Source: Cyanophyceae cyanobacterium (GTDB taxonomy: Bacteria; Cyanobacteriota; Cyanobacteriia; Cyanobacteriales; Laspinemataceae). From it: a stretch of 29,938 nt of DNA. The translations under genes and the position numbers were made by a program. Location of the stretch: positions 1 to 29,938 of the forward strand of contig JBBQFN010000049.1 of assembly GCA_038321985.1 (NCBI GenBank). Reading direction: 5' to 3'. Under the pieces are notes generated by a model. The model did not search any database. It was not told the origin of the DNA and saw only the letters and a program-made list of their open reading frames with translations. This document shows, one piece after another, positions 29,501 through 29,938 of the stretch (the first letter of the stretch is position 1; each line of letters opens with the position of its first letter).

Positions 29501-29938
29501 AGTCTCAGCCATGAGCGCGGGGCAAGAGTTAAAAGCCCGGGTCAAGCACAAGCGTTCCCTGTCAGATTATCCAACTGTAACCCCGATGCTGGCCTTGCAC
29601 ACCATCATCAACCAGATCTCAGAACGGAATAAACTTCAGCATCAGGGTCCGGTCTACAGCGCCAGTTTCAGCCCGGACGGGGAGCGCATCCTCACCGCCT
29701 CAGAGGACAACACCGCCCGGGTGTGGGACCGCAGCGGCAAGCTCGTGGCGGAACTCACCGGCCATCAGGGTAGGGTCCGCAGCGCCAGTTTCAGCCCGGA
29801 CGGGGCGCTCATCCTCACCGCCTCAGAGGACAACACCGCCCGGGTGTGGGACCGCAGCGGCAAGCTCGTGGCGGAACTCACCGGCCATCAGGGTCCGGTC
29901 TACAGCGCCAGTTTCAGCCCGGACGGGGAGCGCATCCT
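26586..29938 (+). CDS. Large NLR-like protein, 3'-partial: degenerate NTPase-like N-terminal domain, TPR-like region, nSTAND1-type NTPase, coiled coil, transmembrane helix, WD40 repeats
   Basis: My hand translation from ATG 26586 is open to the window end (1117 full codons). It contains ARCNY...NQVREEF...FPLVLW...APDLESW, Walker A GQSGVGKS (28167-28190), Walker B ILIFDQFEE, LREDYL, VRPIELQIVG, YQLVHDYL, hydrophobic LGTGIFAVSLIAATITGGLAI (29337-29399) and WD repeats from 29640. Absent from the ORF track because no stop codon is reached. Confidence 0.9.
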   Translation, partial: MTHSFNSEQISEENEKALKKLAWALEASRGEFKLFTARCNYIQLRDRLAQRLQQLCSVEIRRIDVKAGDRLLHSRIRVELGEEQPDALMVFGLEVVTDIQTLLSSANQVREEFQNQFHFPLVLWVNDEVQTKIRQIAPDLESWAIPVQFTMDREAIASFVTATAQSWFANQLQLTRQSASKLQGELAAAQQDLISQDGSDEELNANLETLFGAVKFILDSPDLALVHYQLAAKWWDKSHQLERLGKIYHQIAVCYYIKARQQRNLESSDWQPTREAISQCLATFEQTENPHLIADSLDSIGKILRQLQDWETLQHLATQALSIHETQNQPQEAARDYGFLGEVALSQQDWTRAKELAEKALEILTSNFGVVSEYLRGNLHPQPEERRVLYDASLYYFILAQAEQNLNHPEPALAHLESAKQAGSPDNDTQLYLDIICQLQVLYFQQKQYLEAFQIKLTRYSVEQQYGIRAFVGACWIQPQRQESFGLILGEKRETVAPEIAASGRMLDVEKIVQEIGENNSRILVIHGQSGVGKSSLVNGGIIPKLKENSMGYEEYLPIAVRVYTNWKEEFANSLAEALAEKGITGQPVPGSEKGQLESFLKQLQENEQRNRRSILIFDQFEEFFFACPTPRERRQFFDFLGNCLSQIVSIKVILALREDYLHELLACDRLESMKIINNDILARKVRYPLGNFVPEDAQQIIQRLTEKSQIWFPDALIRELVQELAAELDAVRPIELQIVGAQLQAEQITTLAEYQERGPKTEFVKRYLDDVVKDCGPENQQIGERVLYLLTDEKGTRPLKTREEIAQELQELAADLTVEVSQLDLVLKIFVDSGLVLLIQEKPAERYQLVHDYLAEFIRKQQQPQLERLRAELKQERTQRKLLEVERQKTKEELQQERKKKQILAEANQKAKQQIRLGTGIFAVSLIAATITGGLAIKATQTLEEARAGTRLERQGLDALRQFEAYQIDGLVSAMSAGQELKARVKHKRSLSDYPTVTPMLALHTIINQISERNKLQHQGPVYSASFSPDGERILTASEDNTARVWDRSGKLVAELTGHQGRVRSASFSPDGALILTASEDNTARVWDRSGKLVAELTGHQGPVYSASFSPDGERI
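29640..29938 (+). repeat. Near-identical 123-bp tandem repeats encoding 41-aa WD40 units (2.4 units visible)
   Basis: Units start at 29640, 29763 and 29886 and encode HQG[P/R]V[Y/R]SASFSPDG[ER/AL]ILTASEDNTARVWDRSGKLVAELTG. Confidence 0.95.

Larger units (their letters stand above)
1..29938. repeat. HIP1 octamer GCGATCGC dispersed through the window
   Basis: Many copies in coding and intergenic DNA (for example 1399-1406 and 4205-4212), a hallmark of many cyanobacterial genomes. Confidence 0.95.

Noticed and set aside
29640..29938. Diversity-generating retroelement acting on the WD40 repeats
   Set aside because: Changes confined to codon positions 1-2 are compatible in principle, but there is no reverse transcriptase or template repeat in the window, and tandem in-frame units are explained more simply by repeat recombination. 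It cannot be fully excluded beyond the window edge.

Overview
This window is chromosomal DNA from a filamentous cyanobacterium: HIP1 (GCGATCGC) is abundant, it carries vipp1/pspA and PEP-CTERM genes, and the Oscillatoriales assignment is my inference. The core is mostly housekeeping: oligopeptidase F, a PLP aminotransferase, x-type thioredoxin, vipp1 and pspA, a SPOR-like membrane protein, dciA, menB, a VWA protein, a PBP-A-like serine hydrolase, trmJ, mutS, a PhoD-family enzyme and gluconokinase, plus two PEP-CTERM surface proteins. The two ends look accessory. The left end has a probable ISL3-type IS terminus and an Rpn-family nuclease with an in-frame internal ribosome-binding site that could produce a small antitoxin. 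The right end has a 5'-truncated, frameshifted baeRF-type pseudogene and a tightly coupled two-gene module: a 449-aa P-loop ATPase followed by an ORF of at least 1117 codons that the supplied track misses because it runs off the window. That ORF reads as degenerate NTPase-like domain, TPR-like region, nSTAND1-type NTPase, coiled coil, transmembrane helix and WD40 repeats. Its GC-rich 123-bp repeats are nearly identical and the two complete units differ only by amino-acid-changing substitutions. This NLR-like receptor module with diversifying repeats is the most interesting candidate system. I saw no rRNA, tRNA or CRISPR array. Family calls come from motif recognition by eye, not from database searches.
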